Position numbers and translations under genes: made by a program
Assembly (NCBI RefSeq): GCF_009914755.1
Contig: NC_060926.1
DNA: 64,000 nucleotides
Origin: the human T2T-CHM13v2.0 reference genome, Homo sapiens
Direction: 5' to 3' (one strand)
The notes under the pieces: model-generated
Database searches by the model: none
Told to the model about the DNA's origin: nothing
The model's input: the letters and a program-made list of their open reading frames with translations, nothing else
In this document: piece after piece, positions 41,850-55,695 of the stretch
Layout of the letters: the number at the start of each line of letters is the position of its first letter
Numbering within the stretch: the first letter of the stretch is position 1

Positions 41850-42601
41850 TTTAAAAATATATTTTTAACTTTTATGTTTAGAGGTACATGTGCAGGTTTG
41901 TATATGGGTAAATTCATGTCACAGGGGTTTGTTGTACAGGTTTTTGTCACCCAGGTATTAAACCAGTATCCAGTAGCATTTTTTTTCTGATCTTCTCCCT
42001 CCTCTTACCCTCCACCTTCAAGTGGGCCCAGTGTCTTTGTGTTCATGTGTTCTCATCATTTAGCTCCCACTTATAAGTGGCCTTCTGTTCTTGGGTTAGT
42101 TTGCTTGGAATAATGGCCTCCAGCTCCATCCATATTCCTACAAAAAAACTTGATCTCATTCTTTTTTATGACTGCATAGTATTCCATGGTGTATATGTAC
42201 AACATTTTCTTTATCCAGTCTACCACTGATGAGTATTTGGTTGATTCCATGTCTTTGTTATTGTGAATAGCGCTGCATTGAACATATGCATGCATACGTC
42301 TTTCTTTATAATAGAACGATTTATATTTCTTTGGGTATATACCCAGTAATGCAATGGCTGGGTCAAATGGTAGTTCTGTTTTTCAATCTTTGAGGAATCA
42401 CCACACTGCCTTCCACAATGGTTGAACTAATTTACGCTTCCACCAACAGGGTATAAGTGTTCTCTTTTCTCTGCAACATAACCAGCATCTGTTATTTTGT
42501 GAGTTTTTAATAGTAGCCATTCTGACTGGTGTGAGATGGTATCTCATTGTGATTTTGATTTGCATTTCTCTAATGATCAGCAATCTTGAGCATTTTTTCA
42601 T
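41850..42601 (-). mobile_element. L1PA13-like 3' end (antisense)
   Basis: gaggtacatgtgcaggtttg...tttagctcccacttataagt...tagtagccattctgactggtgtgagatggtatctcattg. Confidence 0.85.
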
Positions 42602-43055
42602 TAGATACCTACAAAGAGAGTTAGATTCCCGCACAATAATAATGGGAGACTTCAACACTCCACTGATAGTATTAGATCATTGAGGCAGAAAATTAACAAA
42701 GACATTAAGGACCTGAATTTAGTACTGGACAAAATGGATCTGATGGACCTCTAAACAACTTTCCACCCAACCACAATAGAATATTCTTCTCATCACCACA
42801 TGGTACATGCTCTAAAATAGACCACACAGTAGGACATAAAACAATCCTCAGCAAATGCTAAGCAACTGAAATCACACCAATCACTCTCTCAACCACAGTG
42901 CAATAAAAATGGAAGCCAAGACTTAAAACATCACTCAAAGCCATGCAATTACATGGAAATTAAACAAACTACTCCTGAATGACTTTTGGGTAAATAATGA
43001 AATTAAGGCAGAAAACAAGAAGTTCTTTGAAATTAATGAGAACAAAGATACAACA
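42602..43055 (+). mobile_element. L1 ORF2 endonuclease-region fragment in opposite orientation, fused to the preceding L1
   Basis: cacaataataatgggagacttcaacactccactg ([10 protein letters not shown])...ctctaaaatagaccacac...ctactcctgaatgacttttgggtaaataatgaaattaaggcag. Confidence 0.85.
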
Positions 43056-45244
43056 ATCCTTTATTTTATTCAGTGCATTGCTTCCTTCGTTATTGTTCCT
43101 CCAAGTCAAGGAGCATTCAATATTGTATTTGCTGAGTGTCTGAGGCTCTTCTCTCATCAGGGAGTGGAATTCTGTTGCCCTGTGACAGGCAGGCAGAGTC
43201 TGACTGGCAATGATTGTCTGTAACTGATCCTGGCAGTGCTCTATGGTGCTGTAGAATGAGTATTATAAAATGTATTGAGGGTTACTTTCAAGATTCTTAA
43301 TTTTGTTATCTGAATCTTTTGTACCGCTACTTATTTCCCTCCATTTGTTCTATCAAGAGATGGACCAAAAAGGACTGGAACCAACTCTCCAGCTGCAATT
43401 CTAAAGATGCTCATTGTGTACTTCAGCGGCCGGTGTTTTATTTGGAATGCTTGCTGGGTTTGCATATGGTGTTGGTTGCTATATCTTCTTGATTTATTGT
43501 TCATTTCACCAGTGTTTAGTTGTTCTCATGGGTTTTGTTTTTGTTGCTGGAAAATCTGTTTAAACAGTTTTAAATGGGCACGATCCTCCTTTTGGGGTTC
43601 ATATTTGCCTACTTTATATATCTAAAGTCTTTTATTTTCAACTCTTGTATATTTGCATTTATCTTCAGTGTGTTTTTGTTTTTATTTTGTCTGCACATCT
43701 TATCTGAAGGGGATGGAGATGGAACATGAGTATTTGTCTACATGGGAAATCTATTTTTTTCCAAAATAAACAATTACACTGTCCGCCAATAATGATAATT
43801 ATTTTCCCTTCTTTACAAATCATTAAACATCATAATTGTATTTCCTACCTTATTAATTTGACTGGGATTTTTCTGTAACCATGTTAAATGGTAGTGATGA
43901 TAGTGGAAATATGTTTAAACTTTTTGCCATCTGTTAATAGGCTCATAAGATTTTTGTCTCTTGGTTTTTCTAGGTGATTTTTAACTTACGGTTTATTAGC
44001 ATCAGCTTCTGCTGACAGAACTCCTCATATATTTGGTGTTATTCTTTCATTGTACTTGTAGATTATATTTTCTTGGAGAGAAAGAGATATTCTGCTTATA
44101 TTAAAAGGGGAGATTTGTTCTTTATTTCTTTCTTTTCTATATTTGTCACATTTTTCTTTATTTTTTTTCAAACATAGCAGGAATCACTTCCTCTTATCTA
44201 TACTCTGATATTCTTTACAAGGCATAGTATTTTTTTCTCAAACGTTTAGAAGAATTCAACTATAATCAGTCTTTGCCTTGAGTCTAAAAGTGACTCTGAT
44301 AAATTTCTAAGATCTCATATTGTTTTAAAACCTACTTAAGTTTTGATAATTTAATTTTTCAAAGAAAATTGACACTTTAATTAAAATTGTACATAGCTAG
44401 TCACACTCCCCACTGTGGTTTTTAATTTGATTCTATGTTTCTATGGCAGGTTATTTTACCCATATTCCTTTCTGCCTGGGTTTATAGAAGTGACATTTTC
44501 TTAAGTGGTATCACAACATTAAATTAGAAATGTCATAAAGTATCTTTAATAATGGTTTTGTTTGTTATAATTGTTCTGTGATTTTTTCCAGCTGATCCCC
44601 CAATTGTGTTAATTATGTTGTTAAAATATGCACTGATTTAAATCTCACTGTCTGCAATATTCCCCTTATCAAAGGTAAACAAGACCTTGCCCAGCGTTTG
44701 TCTTGAGCTTAGTTCTTTCAGAATACCGTGTCTCTCTCTCTGCGTCTTATTAGCCTGGTGAGAACAGGGCATTCATCCTATAGTGTCTCACCATGTGAGA
44801 GACTCAGGAGCCTGGGTTGTGCCCACATCATGTGCTGCCAGACCTGGAGGTGAGGGCAGTATGGGTGGACTCAGCTCCCAGGGGCACCCGTGCCTTGCAG
44901 GTGGCTGCCTGAAGTTCACTGGTCCATGGAGCACAAGCAAAGTAGAAACCCACCAAGTCTGAGTGGCTCGCAGCTGCACGCTGCCATTTCTGTGGCCAAG
45001 TGGGAACATTCTGTCAGCACTCAGGGCTCTCCATCTGCCTTCTGCTTCTCTCTGTGGTGCGGAGCCCACAACAGGTCAAAACCTGACCCAGAGCCAGCTG
45101 GACCATGTCTGGGTCCTTTGGGACACCAAGGCAGTGGGGGCTAACACCCGAGGCTATTCCTCACCCCATGCCTCCCTGCCTGTTCTCTGAAGGAGGAATC
45201 CACATCCCCAGGCTATGCTGCCATAGCCCTGGCCCACAGATCTG

Positions 45245-45950
45245 AGCCAGACATGGATTTAAAGGGTGTGATTCAGTGTTTTTATTATATTCACAGAGTT
45301 GTGCAGCCTTTGGCACAATAGGTTTTAGACCATTTCCATCACCCCAGAAAGAAGCCATTTACAGCCATTTTGCATGCTCCCTGCCCCAGTCCCTGGCCAC
45401 CAGGGACCTGCTTTTTGCCTCTCTGGATTTGCGACTTCTGAGGCTTTATATACACAGAATCATAGGACGTCTGGTGCTTTATATACACAGAATCATAGGA
45501 CGTCTGGTGCTTTATATACACAGAACATAGGACGTCTGATGCTTTATATACACATAACATAGGACGTCTGGTCTTTTGTGTTTGGGTTCTTCTACTTCGC
45601 ATCATGTTTTGGGGGTTCATTTTTGTTGTTTGCATGAATCAGTTCTTCATTTTCTTTGATTGCTGAATACTATTCCATCTTATGGCTACAACATGTTATT
45701 TATCCACTCATGATGGATGGACTTTCTGGTTGTCTTTAAGCTTGGCTGTTATGAATCCTGAGGCTGTGGACGGTGGTGTTCAAGCTTTGGTGTGGACCTG
45801 AGTTTCTGCTTCTCTTGGGTATGTACTTGGGTGGGCTTGCTATGTCACATGGTCACTCTGCTTCTCATCTGTGGAAGAGTTTTCAGACTGTTTTCCAAAA
45901 CAACTGTGGCATTTTGTATTCCTCCCAGTGGTATATGAAGGTTCCCTCAC
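45245..45950 (-). mobile_element. L1MB-like 3' end (antisense) containing a small VNTR
   Basis: tattcacagagttgtgcagcc...catttccatcaccccagaaagaagcc...tttgattgctgaatactattccat. Confidence 0.75.
45443..45572. repeat. 33-bp tandem repeat, ~4 copies
   Basis: gctttatatacacagaatcataggacgtctggt starting at 45443, 45476, 45509 and 45541. Confidence 0.93.
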
Positions 45951-47605
45951 GTCTGAGCAATTATGTATCCGTTGTCAAAACCTGGCCCTACTTTTGGTCA
46001 GAGGTGTTTGCTTAACTTTGGTTCTACTTGATCATCTTTACAAATAAAATTCATGGCCTCATGACCAATTTCAGACTTGGTTTTCTTTTAAAGCTGAACT
46101 GCTGTCAGTATTCAATAAGGAAGATATCTGTGTATTATTTCCATAATACATTTTGGGCAAGATTCATTTTCTGTAACCACGTTCTCATAGAATGAACCTA
46201 GGAGTTTCTACTTTCAGACTGGCAAAAATAAAGCCCACAGCTAATTGTAGGGGAAAATGTAATCCTGGGATATCTAAACTTGTATGTGAAATGAACAGTG
46301 ACTTCTCAAAGTATTGTGTCATGGACCCGAGGAAGCTCCGCCTTCCTTGAAGTCATAGCCCCTCCTACAGTTCTGTCTTCCTTTTGTTCATGTTTGGCAG
46401 CATCCAAATTAACCTTTTCTGCCATTTTCCTTTTAAATAAGTTAAAATTCAAAGAAATTCAACATGGATAAGATAAATCTTAGCTATTATTCGAGAGGAT
46501 TTATCTTCTAAAGAACTTGCTTATAAAATAGTAACTGTAATTGTTTTGACACGTGGAACTCAAGTTCAAGCTCACCTTTGTAACAGTTTTGCAGATGGTT
46601 CAAGTGAGCATGAAAAGCCTGGTAAATCAAGTAACTAAAGTTTTTATTATTTAAAGGAAAGCTAGAAGCCTAGTCTTAATTTAATTTCACAGTCAAATGT
46701 GGCATCTAATGAACTATGTGGCACATTGGGAAGATTTAGATCCACTGCCTGTTTTTCATCCTTTTCCACCTGCAGTTTATTCTTCCCAAGTGAGCTCATA
46801 TTGTTATGCTTCTACCTTTTTTATAAGAACAACATCTTTATTGAAAAACATGCATCTTGGCCACATCTTCCACTTTGCAAATCTGTAAGTTCATATGGAG
46901 TGTGCATAAAGCTCCCACAGACTCATTTCTGAAGGTGATAGTATCTTTTATACAGTAATTAGGGTTTATCTTTAATTCTGCATTTTGAAATCAATGATAA
47001 AAATTCCCAGTTAAGGTATATAAAGAAATGTTTTGACAACTTCAACAGTAGTTGTCTGAGTGACTGACAGTTGATTTTTAGTAATGATAAATAACAATTC
47101 CTTTATTTTCTTGTGATAGTTTTAATGCATTCTCTGACTCTGAAATATGTGTACAAGCCTTTCCTTCCATTTTTTCTCACAATTAGATTGCATTTTAAAT
47201 ACCGTTTAAGCAGGTAGACGTCTATTTTAAATAACATTGAAATGCTTTCTGTGTGTCAAATTCAGATTATTCAAATGTTATGCCATTTTGTTAAAAAGTC
47301 TTTTGATCTTTGTGACTTATTTCAGCATTCCATTTTTACAAAAATAGGAGTCATTCAACAGCATGAAGTTCTACCATTATTTTTCTTTGAAAATGCCCCC
47401 TAAGTAGGTCATTATTGACTGGTCTTCCTTGTTTTCTTTGAGGGCCATCAATCTTGGGGGGATGGCAGAATCAGTCTCTTTTTATCAGACACTGGTATGG
47501 TACGGCATGATCATGACTGGCGTTTGGCTCTCTACAAATTTTAAAGCCAAGTCATAAAAGACCTATTTATTGACATTTTTTTCTGGATTATGGAAAAATA
47601 TAAGC

Positions 47606-47671
47606 GCTGCTCCTAATAACACCACTGGGAAGCTGTGCAGCTGCTCCTAATAACATCACTGGGAAGCTGTG
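47606..47671. repeat. Two-copy tandem duplication, 34-bp period
   Basis: gctgctcctaataaca[c/t]cactgggaagctgtg occurs twice. Confidence 0.9.
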
Positions 47672-48029
47672 TGTGCAGCCTCACTTCAGGGCTGTCAGCC
47701 CTGCTCTGGAAGGGTTGTGGGGGACCTGTTTAACCTTCTCCATCTTTCTGCAGACAGGAGGCTGGCGGCTGTCCTGGGCACACGCTGTGAACCTCTGGGC
47801 TCCTTTTGGCTCTGAGCAGATGGGACACTCTGGGATTGAGCTGGCTGTCAGAGGGCTTCAGTTGAAAGAGAAGGTCTCTGGGGTCAGGCATTCCTTATTC
47901 TTATCCCAGATCTGCTTTGCAGGATTGGCCTGTGCGGGTCACATGAACACTGGGGCCTCTGTCCTCACCTGCAGCTCCTTTCCAGGCACGCTTGTGGGGG
48001 CTGCCACTTACGCCTGCATCATTCTCTTA

Positions 48030-48196
48030 CAGTCAATTGTTGTTAACTTGCCTGTCCCATAGAATCACCTGCAGGCAGGATAAATTCCTGCACCCCACGC
48101 CAGTGACACCAGAGTCCCTGTGGGCGGAACCCAGGCATGGGGAGTTTTGAAGCTTCCCAGGCCATTCCACTGGGGACCCCAGTTTGAGAACCCCTT
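48030..48196. mobile_element. MER5A-like hAT remnant
   Basis: tagaatcacctg...gggcggaacccaggcat...aagcttcccagg...cagtttgagaacccct. Confidence 0.6.
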
Positions 48197-49319
48197 CTCT
48201 GGCCCTCACCTGCTCGCCTCCCTATGGCCTAAACCTCTCCTCGGATTCCGGCTCCCATGGCCCTCTTTCCTCCTGTCTTTCTCCAGCTTTCCCCTTCCCG
48301 CCACCTCTGCTTTCAGTACCTTGCCCTGTCCAGCCCCACCTTTGCACTGACTGGCTCCAAGGCTCTGACTTCCTCTGGCCTCCAGGGAAAGTCAGTAAAG
48401 TTCAGGGGTCTTTCTGGTTGGAGTTTCTGCCGGCCATTGCCGAAATCCACATTGATCTACCAAACACATTAACCTGTTGATAATAGAAAAACTTTGCTTC
48501 CTGAAACATGAATTTCCCTTTTTCATGCTTCAAACAAAAACCAATTTAGATGTTTTTCCTTAACATCATACCTGATGGTATGAAGCATTTCAAAAGACGT
48601 GATGAAGAAACCTCATTTCTGAAGAGGCTAAAACGCATAATGACAGTGTAAGTAGCAGAATAACTAAATCCTCCCTGTCCTGCCACCCTTGACGTTTGAT
48701 ATTAATTATGCTTCAAAAATATGCCTGTGTGATGGAGCCCGGCTGTGCCATCAGAGCAGCTGTTTGATTTCTGAGTTTGCTTCATGTTCAGTTTGCTTTT
48801 TCTGTCCAGTGGAAGCAGTGAAGCCCTCAGTCAAGTGAATCAGACGGCTTTTTGGTGGAGGCTAATGTTAAATTCCGGGACTGGCAGAGAAAAGGGAATA
48901 CCTTTTGTCAGGCACATGCTAAGGTGTGTGATTCCTCTTCAGAGGGAAAGTGGCCTCTCTGCATCTGTCCCGCAGCATGTTACATATCCTGTACTTTCTA
49001 GGGCGAATTCTCACTGTGTGTGCTGCAGACACCTTCACCTGCAGTTTTGTTTGTGTTGCTCTCAGTGCGGTGCTTAGTGTAAAGAACAGTTAACCATAGT
49101 TGGATTTGTCAGCCTTTACCACGTGGTGTTTGCTTTTTCTGCCTGCAAGGAAACTTTGCTAAGCCCCAACAGTCAGGAAGATCTTTATTTTAAAAGCTTT
49201 CAACTTAAAGTCTTTAACATGTCTAGACTTAAGTAAGGATCCAATCTACTGTTTTTGTTGTTGTTGTTTTTTCATGTGTATAATCAATTGCCTCAGTACA
49301 GTTTATTTTTATTGCTAGC

Positions 49320-49708
49320 CGATATAGTTTGGATATTTGTCCCTGCCAAATCTCAAGTTGAATTGTGATCTCCAGTGTTGGAGGTGGAGCCTGGTGGGAG
49401 GTGTTTGGGTCATGGGCACCGATTCTTCGTGGCTTGGTGCTGTCCTCCTGGTAGTGAGTGAGTTCTCACGAGATCTGGTTGAGTAAACATGAGCAGCACC
49501 TCCCCTCCCACTGCCTCTCTCTTGCTCCTGCTCTGCCTTCACCTTCTGCTGTGAGTCAAAGCTCCTTGAGGCCTCCCCAGAAGCCAAGCAATGCTGGTGC
49601 CATGCGTCCTACACAGCCTGCAGATCTGTGGGCTGGTTAACTTCTTTTCCTCATAAACTACCCAGTCTCAGGTATTTCTTTATAGCAAGGCAAGAACAGC
49701 CTAACACA
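49320..49708 (+). mobile_element. MSTA/MSTB MaLR solo LTR with intact 5-bp TSD
   Basis: (c)gatatagtttggatatttgtccc...cccagtctcaggtatttctttatagc...ctaacaca. TSD ctagc at 49315-49319 and 49709-49713. Confidence 0.92.
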
Positions 49709-50229
49709 CTAGCCGTCAGCAATACCTGTCAAAATCAAGTCTCCTTGGAATGATGGGGCTGATTCGGGGTCCTCTGTTCTGTTCTTTTGGTTGATTTTCT
49801 AAGCCTGCACCATCTTTTTCCCAGAGTTCCAATTATTATGACTTAATAATACCATATTTCTTCAGTTCTAAGATGCCATTAACATTTACATACACCATTA
49901 TTTTATGTAACACTACAAAGAACTAAGGCTACAAATGAAATTTGAAACATCTGTTGTATGATAGAACTTGATTTCACAGATGCTGAATTATGAATGCATA
50001 TTAGAACTAACGACAGATACCAAATTTTCTTTTTTAAAATGGTGGATTAGCTCCTCTTGGGACTTTACATTTCCTTAAATTTTAGGGCCTTTTTTGTCAA
50101 GTTTCAAACTAATTCATGCTTTGATTGGAATTACATTGACTATTGATCAATTTTGGGACATTTGCCATCATTTTATTGCATCTTCTTATTCACAAATATT
50201 TCTCAATTTAACTACTATTTCTTTAATGA

Positions 50230-53200
50230 TTTTCTTTCTTTTCTTTCCAACTTTTGTTTTAGGTTCGGGGGTACACGTGCAGGTATGTTAGAGGGGTAAG
50301 TTTTGTGTCATGGGGGTTTGGTGTACAGCTTATTTTGTCACCCAGGTAATAATAGTACTCAATAGGTAGTTTTTGATTCTTACCTTTCTCATACTCTCCA
50401 CCCTCAAGTAAGACCCATGTCTGTTGTTCCCTTATTTGTGTCCATATGTACTCAGTATTTAGCTCCCACTTACAAATGAGAATATCCAGTGTTTGGATTT
50501 CTGTTCCTGTATTAACTCACTTAGGATAATGGCCTCCAGCTCCATCCATGTTGCTGTAAAGCACAGAATTTCATCATTTTTATGACTGCATAGTATTCCA
50601 TGGTGTATATGGACCACATTTTCTTTATCTGTTCCACTGTTGATGGGCATCTGGGTTAATTTCATGTCTTTGCCATCGTGAATAGTGCTGGGATGAGGAT
50701 AGACATGCATGTGTCTTTATGGTGGAAAGATTTGCATTCCCTTGTGTATATACCTGGTAATAGGATTGCTGGGTTGAATGGTAATGTGATTTTAAGTAAC
50801 TTAAGAAATCTACAGACTACTTTCCACAGTTATTGAACTAATTTGGATTCCCACCAGCAGTGTGTACCTGTACCCTTTCCTCTACAACTTTGCTAGCATC
50901 TGTTGTTTTATAACTTTTTAATAATAGCCATTCTGACAGCTGTGAGATGATATCTTGCTGTGGTTTTGATTTGCATTTCTCTAATGATTAGTGATGTTGC
51001 CCATTGTTTCATATGCTTGTTGGCCACATATACGTCTTTTTTTGAGAAGTGCCTGTTCATGTCCTTTGCCCATTTTTAAAATGGGGTTGTTTGTTTCTTT
51101 TGTTAGATTTGTTGAAGTTTCCTATAATGGGGTTGTTTGTTTCTTTTGTTAGATTTGTTTAAGTTTCCTATGGATTCTGGATATTATACCCTTATCAGAT
51201 GCATAGTTTGCAAATATTTTATCCCATCCTGTAGGTTGTCTGTTTACTCTGTTGATAGTTTCTTTTGCCCTGAAGACACTCTTTAGCTTAATTAGGTACC
51301 ATTTGTCAACTTTTGTTTCTGTTGCAATTGCATTTGGAGTTTTTGTAATGAAGTCTTTGCTAGGCCCTATGTCCAGAATAGTATTTCCAAGTTTCTTCTA
51401 GGATTTTTATAGTTTTTTTTACATTTAAGTCTTTAATCCATCTTAAGTTGATTTTTGTATGTGGTAAAAGGAAGAGGTCCAGTTTCAATCTTCTGCATAT
51501 GGCTAGCCAGTTATCCCAGCACGATTTACTGAATAGGAAGTTCTTTACCCATTGCTTGTTACTGTTGACTTTGTTGAAGATCAGATGCTTATAGGTAGGT
51601 GGCTTTATTTTTGGGTTCTCTAATTTGTCCCATTGGTCTGTGTGTCTGTTTTTGTAACAGTACTATGCTATTTTAGTTACTATAACCTTGTAGTATAGTT
51701 AGAAGTCAGGTCATGTGATGCCCCCAGGTTTGTTCTTTTTGCTTACAATTGATTTGGCTATTTAGGCTATATTTGGTTTCCTATGAATTTTATAATTGGT
51801 TTTTCTAATTCTGTGAAAAATATTGGTAGTTTGATGGGAATAACACTGAATCTGTAAATTGCTTTGGGCAGTATGGACATTTTAACAGTATTGATCCTTC
51901 TTATCCATGAGTGTGGAATCTTTTTTATTTGTTTGTGTCATCTCTCATTTCCTTCAGCAGCATTTTGTAATTCTTATTGTAGGGAGCTTTCACCACCGCT
52001 GCCCCCCCACCCCGGTTAGCTGTATTCCTAGGTATTTTATTGTTTTTGTGGCTGTTGTGAATTTGGCTCTCAGCTTGGACATTAATGTTATATAGAAATG
52101 CTACTAATTTTGCACATTGATTTTGTATTCTGAAACTTGGCTGAAGTTGTTTCTCAGATCTAGGAGCCTTTGGGCAGAGACAATGAGATTTTCTAGATAT
52201 AAAATCATATCATCTGTGAAAAGAGATAGGTTGACTCTTGGAAGCCTTCTATGTCTTTCTCTTGCCTGATTGCTTTGGCTAGGACTTCTAGTACTATGTT
52301 GAAAGGAGTGGTGAGAGGGGCATCCTTGACTTGTTCTGGTTCTCAAGGGAAATGCTTCTGGTTTTTGCTCATTCAGTGTGTTGTTGGCTGTGGGTTTGTC
52401 ATAGATAGTTCTTATATTCTGAGACAATTTCCTTCAATGCCTAGTTTGTTGAGGGTTTTTAAAATGCAAAGATGTTGAATTTTATTGAAAGCTTTTTATG
52501 TGTTTATTGAGATGATAATATGTTTTTTTGTTTTCAGTTATCTTCATGTGATGAAGTATATCGATTTATTTGCATATGTTGAACCAACCTTGCATCCCAG
52601 GGATAAAGCCTACTTGATAGTGGTGTATTACTTTTTTAATGTGCTGCTGGATTTAGTTTGCTAGTATTTTGTTGGGGATTTTTTCATCTGTGTTTATCAG
52701 GGATATTGGACTGACGTTTTCTTTTTTTTGATGTGTCGCTGAGAGGTTTTGGTATGATGCTGGCTTCACAGTATGAGTTAGGAATCCCTCTGCCTCAATT
52801 TTTTTGGAATAGTTTCCGTAGCGTTGGTACCAGCTCTTATTTATACATCTGTTACAATTAGGCTGTGAATACATCTTATCCAGTGCTTTTTCTGGTCAGT
52901 TTTTTTTTTGTTAATTATTAATAAGAATTCAATTTTGGAAACTAACATTGGTATATTCAGGGTTTCAGTTTCTTCCTGGTTCAATCTTGATAGATTGCAA
53001 GTTTCCAGGAATCTATTAATTTCTTCAGGGTTTTCTAGTTTGTGTGCATAGAGGTGTTCATAGTAGTTTCAGAGGGTTTTTTGTATTTCTGTGGAGATAG
53101 TGGTAATGTCCCCTTAGTCATTTCTGATTGTGTTTGTTTGGATCTTCTCTCTTACTTCCTTATTTGTCTATCTAGTGGTCTAACAATTTTATTCACTAAA

Positions 53201-55695
53201 AAAAAACTTTTGGTTTCGTTCATCTCCTATGGTTTTTCACATCTCAGTTTCATTCAGTTCAGCTCTGATTTTGCTTCTTTTTTCCTGCTAGCTTTGGGGC
53301 TTGTTTGCTCTTTCTTTTTTTCTTTTTCAAGGTATGATGTTAGGTTCTTACTGTGAGGTCTTTCTAACTTTTTGATTTGGGTGTTTAGCACCATGAGCTT
53401 TCCTCTTCACACTGCTTTAGCTTTGTCCCTGATTCTAGTATGTTATATCTTAGTTTTCATTAGTTTCAAAGAATTTCTTGATTTCTGACTTAATTTCATT
53501 ATTTGCCCAAAAGCCATTCAGGGGCAGATTTTTTAATTTCAGTGTAAGTGTATGGTTTTGAGACATCTTGTTTATATTGATTTCTACTTTTATTGTGCTG
53601 TAATATGACAGTGTGGATGGTATGGTTCAGGTTTTTTGAATTTGTTGAGAATTGCCTTAAGGCTGAGCATGTGGTTAATTTTAGAGTGTCATGTCCATAT
53701 AAGGAGAATGTATTTTTCTTGTTGTGTGAAGTGTTCTGTAGATGTCTATTAGGTCTGTTTGGTCAAGTGTTGAGTTTAAATCCTGAATATATTTGTTAGT
53801 ATTCTGCCTCATTGATCTAGTACTGTCAGTGGGGTGTTGAAATATCTCACTATTATTCCGTGGTTATCTGAGACTCTCTGTGAGTCTCTAAGAACTTGTT
53901 TTATGAATCTGGGTCCTTGAGTACTGGTTGCATATATACATATTTAGGTGGTTAAGTCATCTTACTGAATTGAACCCTTCATTATTATGTAATGATCTTC
54001 TTAGAAAGTTTTGATCATTGTTTTTTAAAGTCTGCTTTGTCTGAAATAAGAATAGAAAACCCTGCTGTTTTCTGCTTGCTTCATAGATCTTTCTCTATTC
54101 ATTTCCCCTAAGCCTATGGACGTCCTTGAATGTGAGATGGGTTCCTTGAAGACTGCATTTGTTTAGGTGTTGCTTTTATCCAACTTGCCATCTGTGCCTT
54201 TTTAATGGGACATCAGCATGTTTACATTGAGGTTTAAGATTGATATGTGCTGGTTCGATCCTGTCATCGTGTTATTAGGTAGTTGTTATGTAGATTTGAT
54301 TGAATAGTTGCTTTATAGTTCAATGGTCTATGTATTTCAGTGTGTTTTTGTGGTGGCCAGTAACAACCTTTTGTTTCCACGTTTTGCACTTTTTTAAGGA
54401 CCTCTTGTAAAGTAGGTCTGGTGGTAACAAATTCCCTTGGCATTTGCTTTTCTGAAAAGGATTTTATTTCCCCTTCACTTATGAAGCTTAGTTTTGCTGG
54501 ATATGAAATTTTTGGTTGTAATTTATTTTTTCTAACGATGTTGAATATAGGTCTCCAATCTCTTCTAGCTTGTAGGGTTTCTGCTGAAAGGTCTGCTGTT
54601 AGCCTGATGAGATTCTCTTTGTAGGGGATCTTCCTCTTCTCTCTCTCTGTCTTTAACATTTTTTCTTTTGTATTGACCTTGGAGAATCTGATGACTATAT
54701 GTCTTGGAAGTTGGTGATCTTTTATAGTACCTCTCAGGGGTCCTCTGAATTTCCTAAATTTGAACGTTGACCTTTCTAGCGAGAATGGGGAAATTTTTGT
54801 TGTTATTTTCCTTAAATATATTTTCAAAGTTGCTTGTTCTCTTTTCTTCTCTTTCAGGAATGTCAGTCAGTCATAGGTTTTGTCTCTTTACGTAGTCTCA
54901 TATTCCTTGGAGATGTTCTTCAGTTTTTTCTTTATTCTGGTCTAACTGTGTTAATTCAAAGAACTGGTCTTTGAGCTCTGAGATTTGTTCCTCAGCTTGG
55001 TGTATTCTGCTGTTAATACTCCTGATTGTGTTATGAAATTCTTGTAGTGAGTTTTTCAGCTCTATCAGATCAGTTTGGTTCTTTTTAAAATGGGTATTTC
55101 ATCTTTAATCTCTTGGATAGTTTTACTGGATTCCATAAATTCTTTGGCTTGGGTTTCAACTTTGTCCTGAATCCTGATGATCTTCCTTGCCATCCAGATT
55201 CTGAATTCTACTTCTGTCATTTCAGCCATTTCATTCTGGTTAAGAACCATTGCTGGGGAACCTCATGTGGGGCTTTAGGGACAAGAATACATTTTGGCTT
55301 TTAGAGTTGCCAGAATTCTTGTGCTGGTTCTTTCTCATCCATGTGGTGAGATGTGTGCTGATACTCCTTCAGCTGTGTGGTGTAATTTGTGTACAGTCAG
55401 TTGGCTTCATTTCTGGATGTTTTCAGAGGGCCAAGGCTTTGTGCTGGGTCTTCATTTGTAGTTGACCTCTTGCCTTTTGTTTCACATGGGAGTAAATTCT
55501 CAAAGTATTTTGGTGTTGCAGTTTGGGCTGCAATCCAGTAGGTGGTGATTAAGTGTCATTGCTGATTGGTGGGCTCTTGCTCAGCCACGTGGTTCCTTTT
55601 TATTTCCTCATGTTTGCAGCCCTCTCCCTTTCAGTGTTCTGAGAGCATGGGCTCCTCTCCCATTCAAGTGTTGGCTGTATATCTCAGCTTGACAC
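50230..55695 (-). mobile_element. Long degenerate L1PA14/15-like LINE-1 (3'UTR, ORF2, ORF1, part of 5'UTR)
   Basis: Continuous antisense L1. ORF 54264-54827(-) is an ORF1p remnant (RLTADLSAETLQARRDW..ISYPAKLSFISEGEIKSF). ORF 52104-52427(-) has the RT-like LSLFTDDMILYLEN. Internal 46-bp duplication at 51081-51171. Confidence 0.92.

Noticed and set aside
54264-54827. 187-aa ORF as a functional gene
   Set aside because: A C-terminal remnant of L1 ORF1p within a frameshifted, dead L1.
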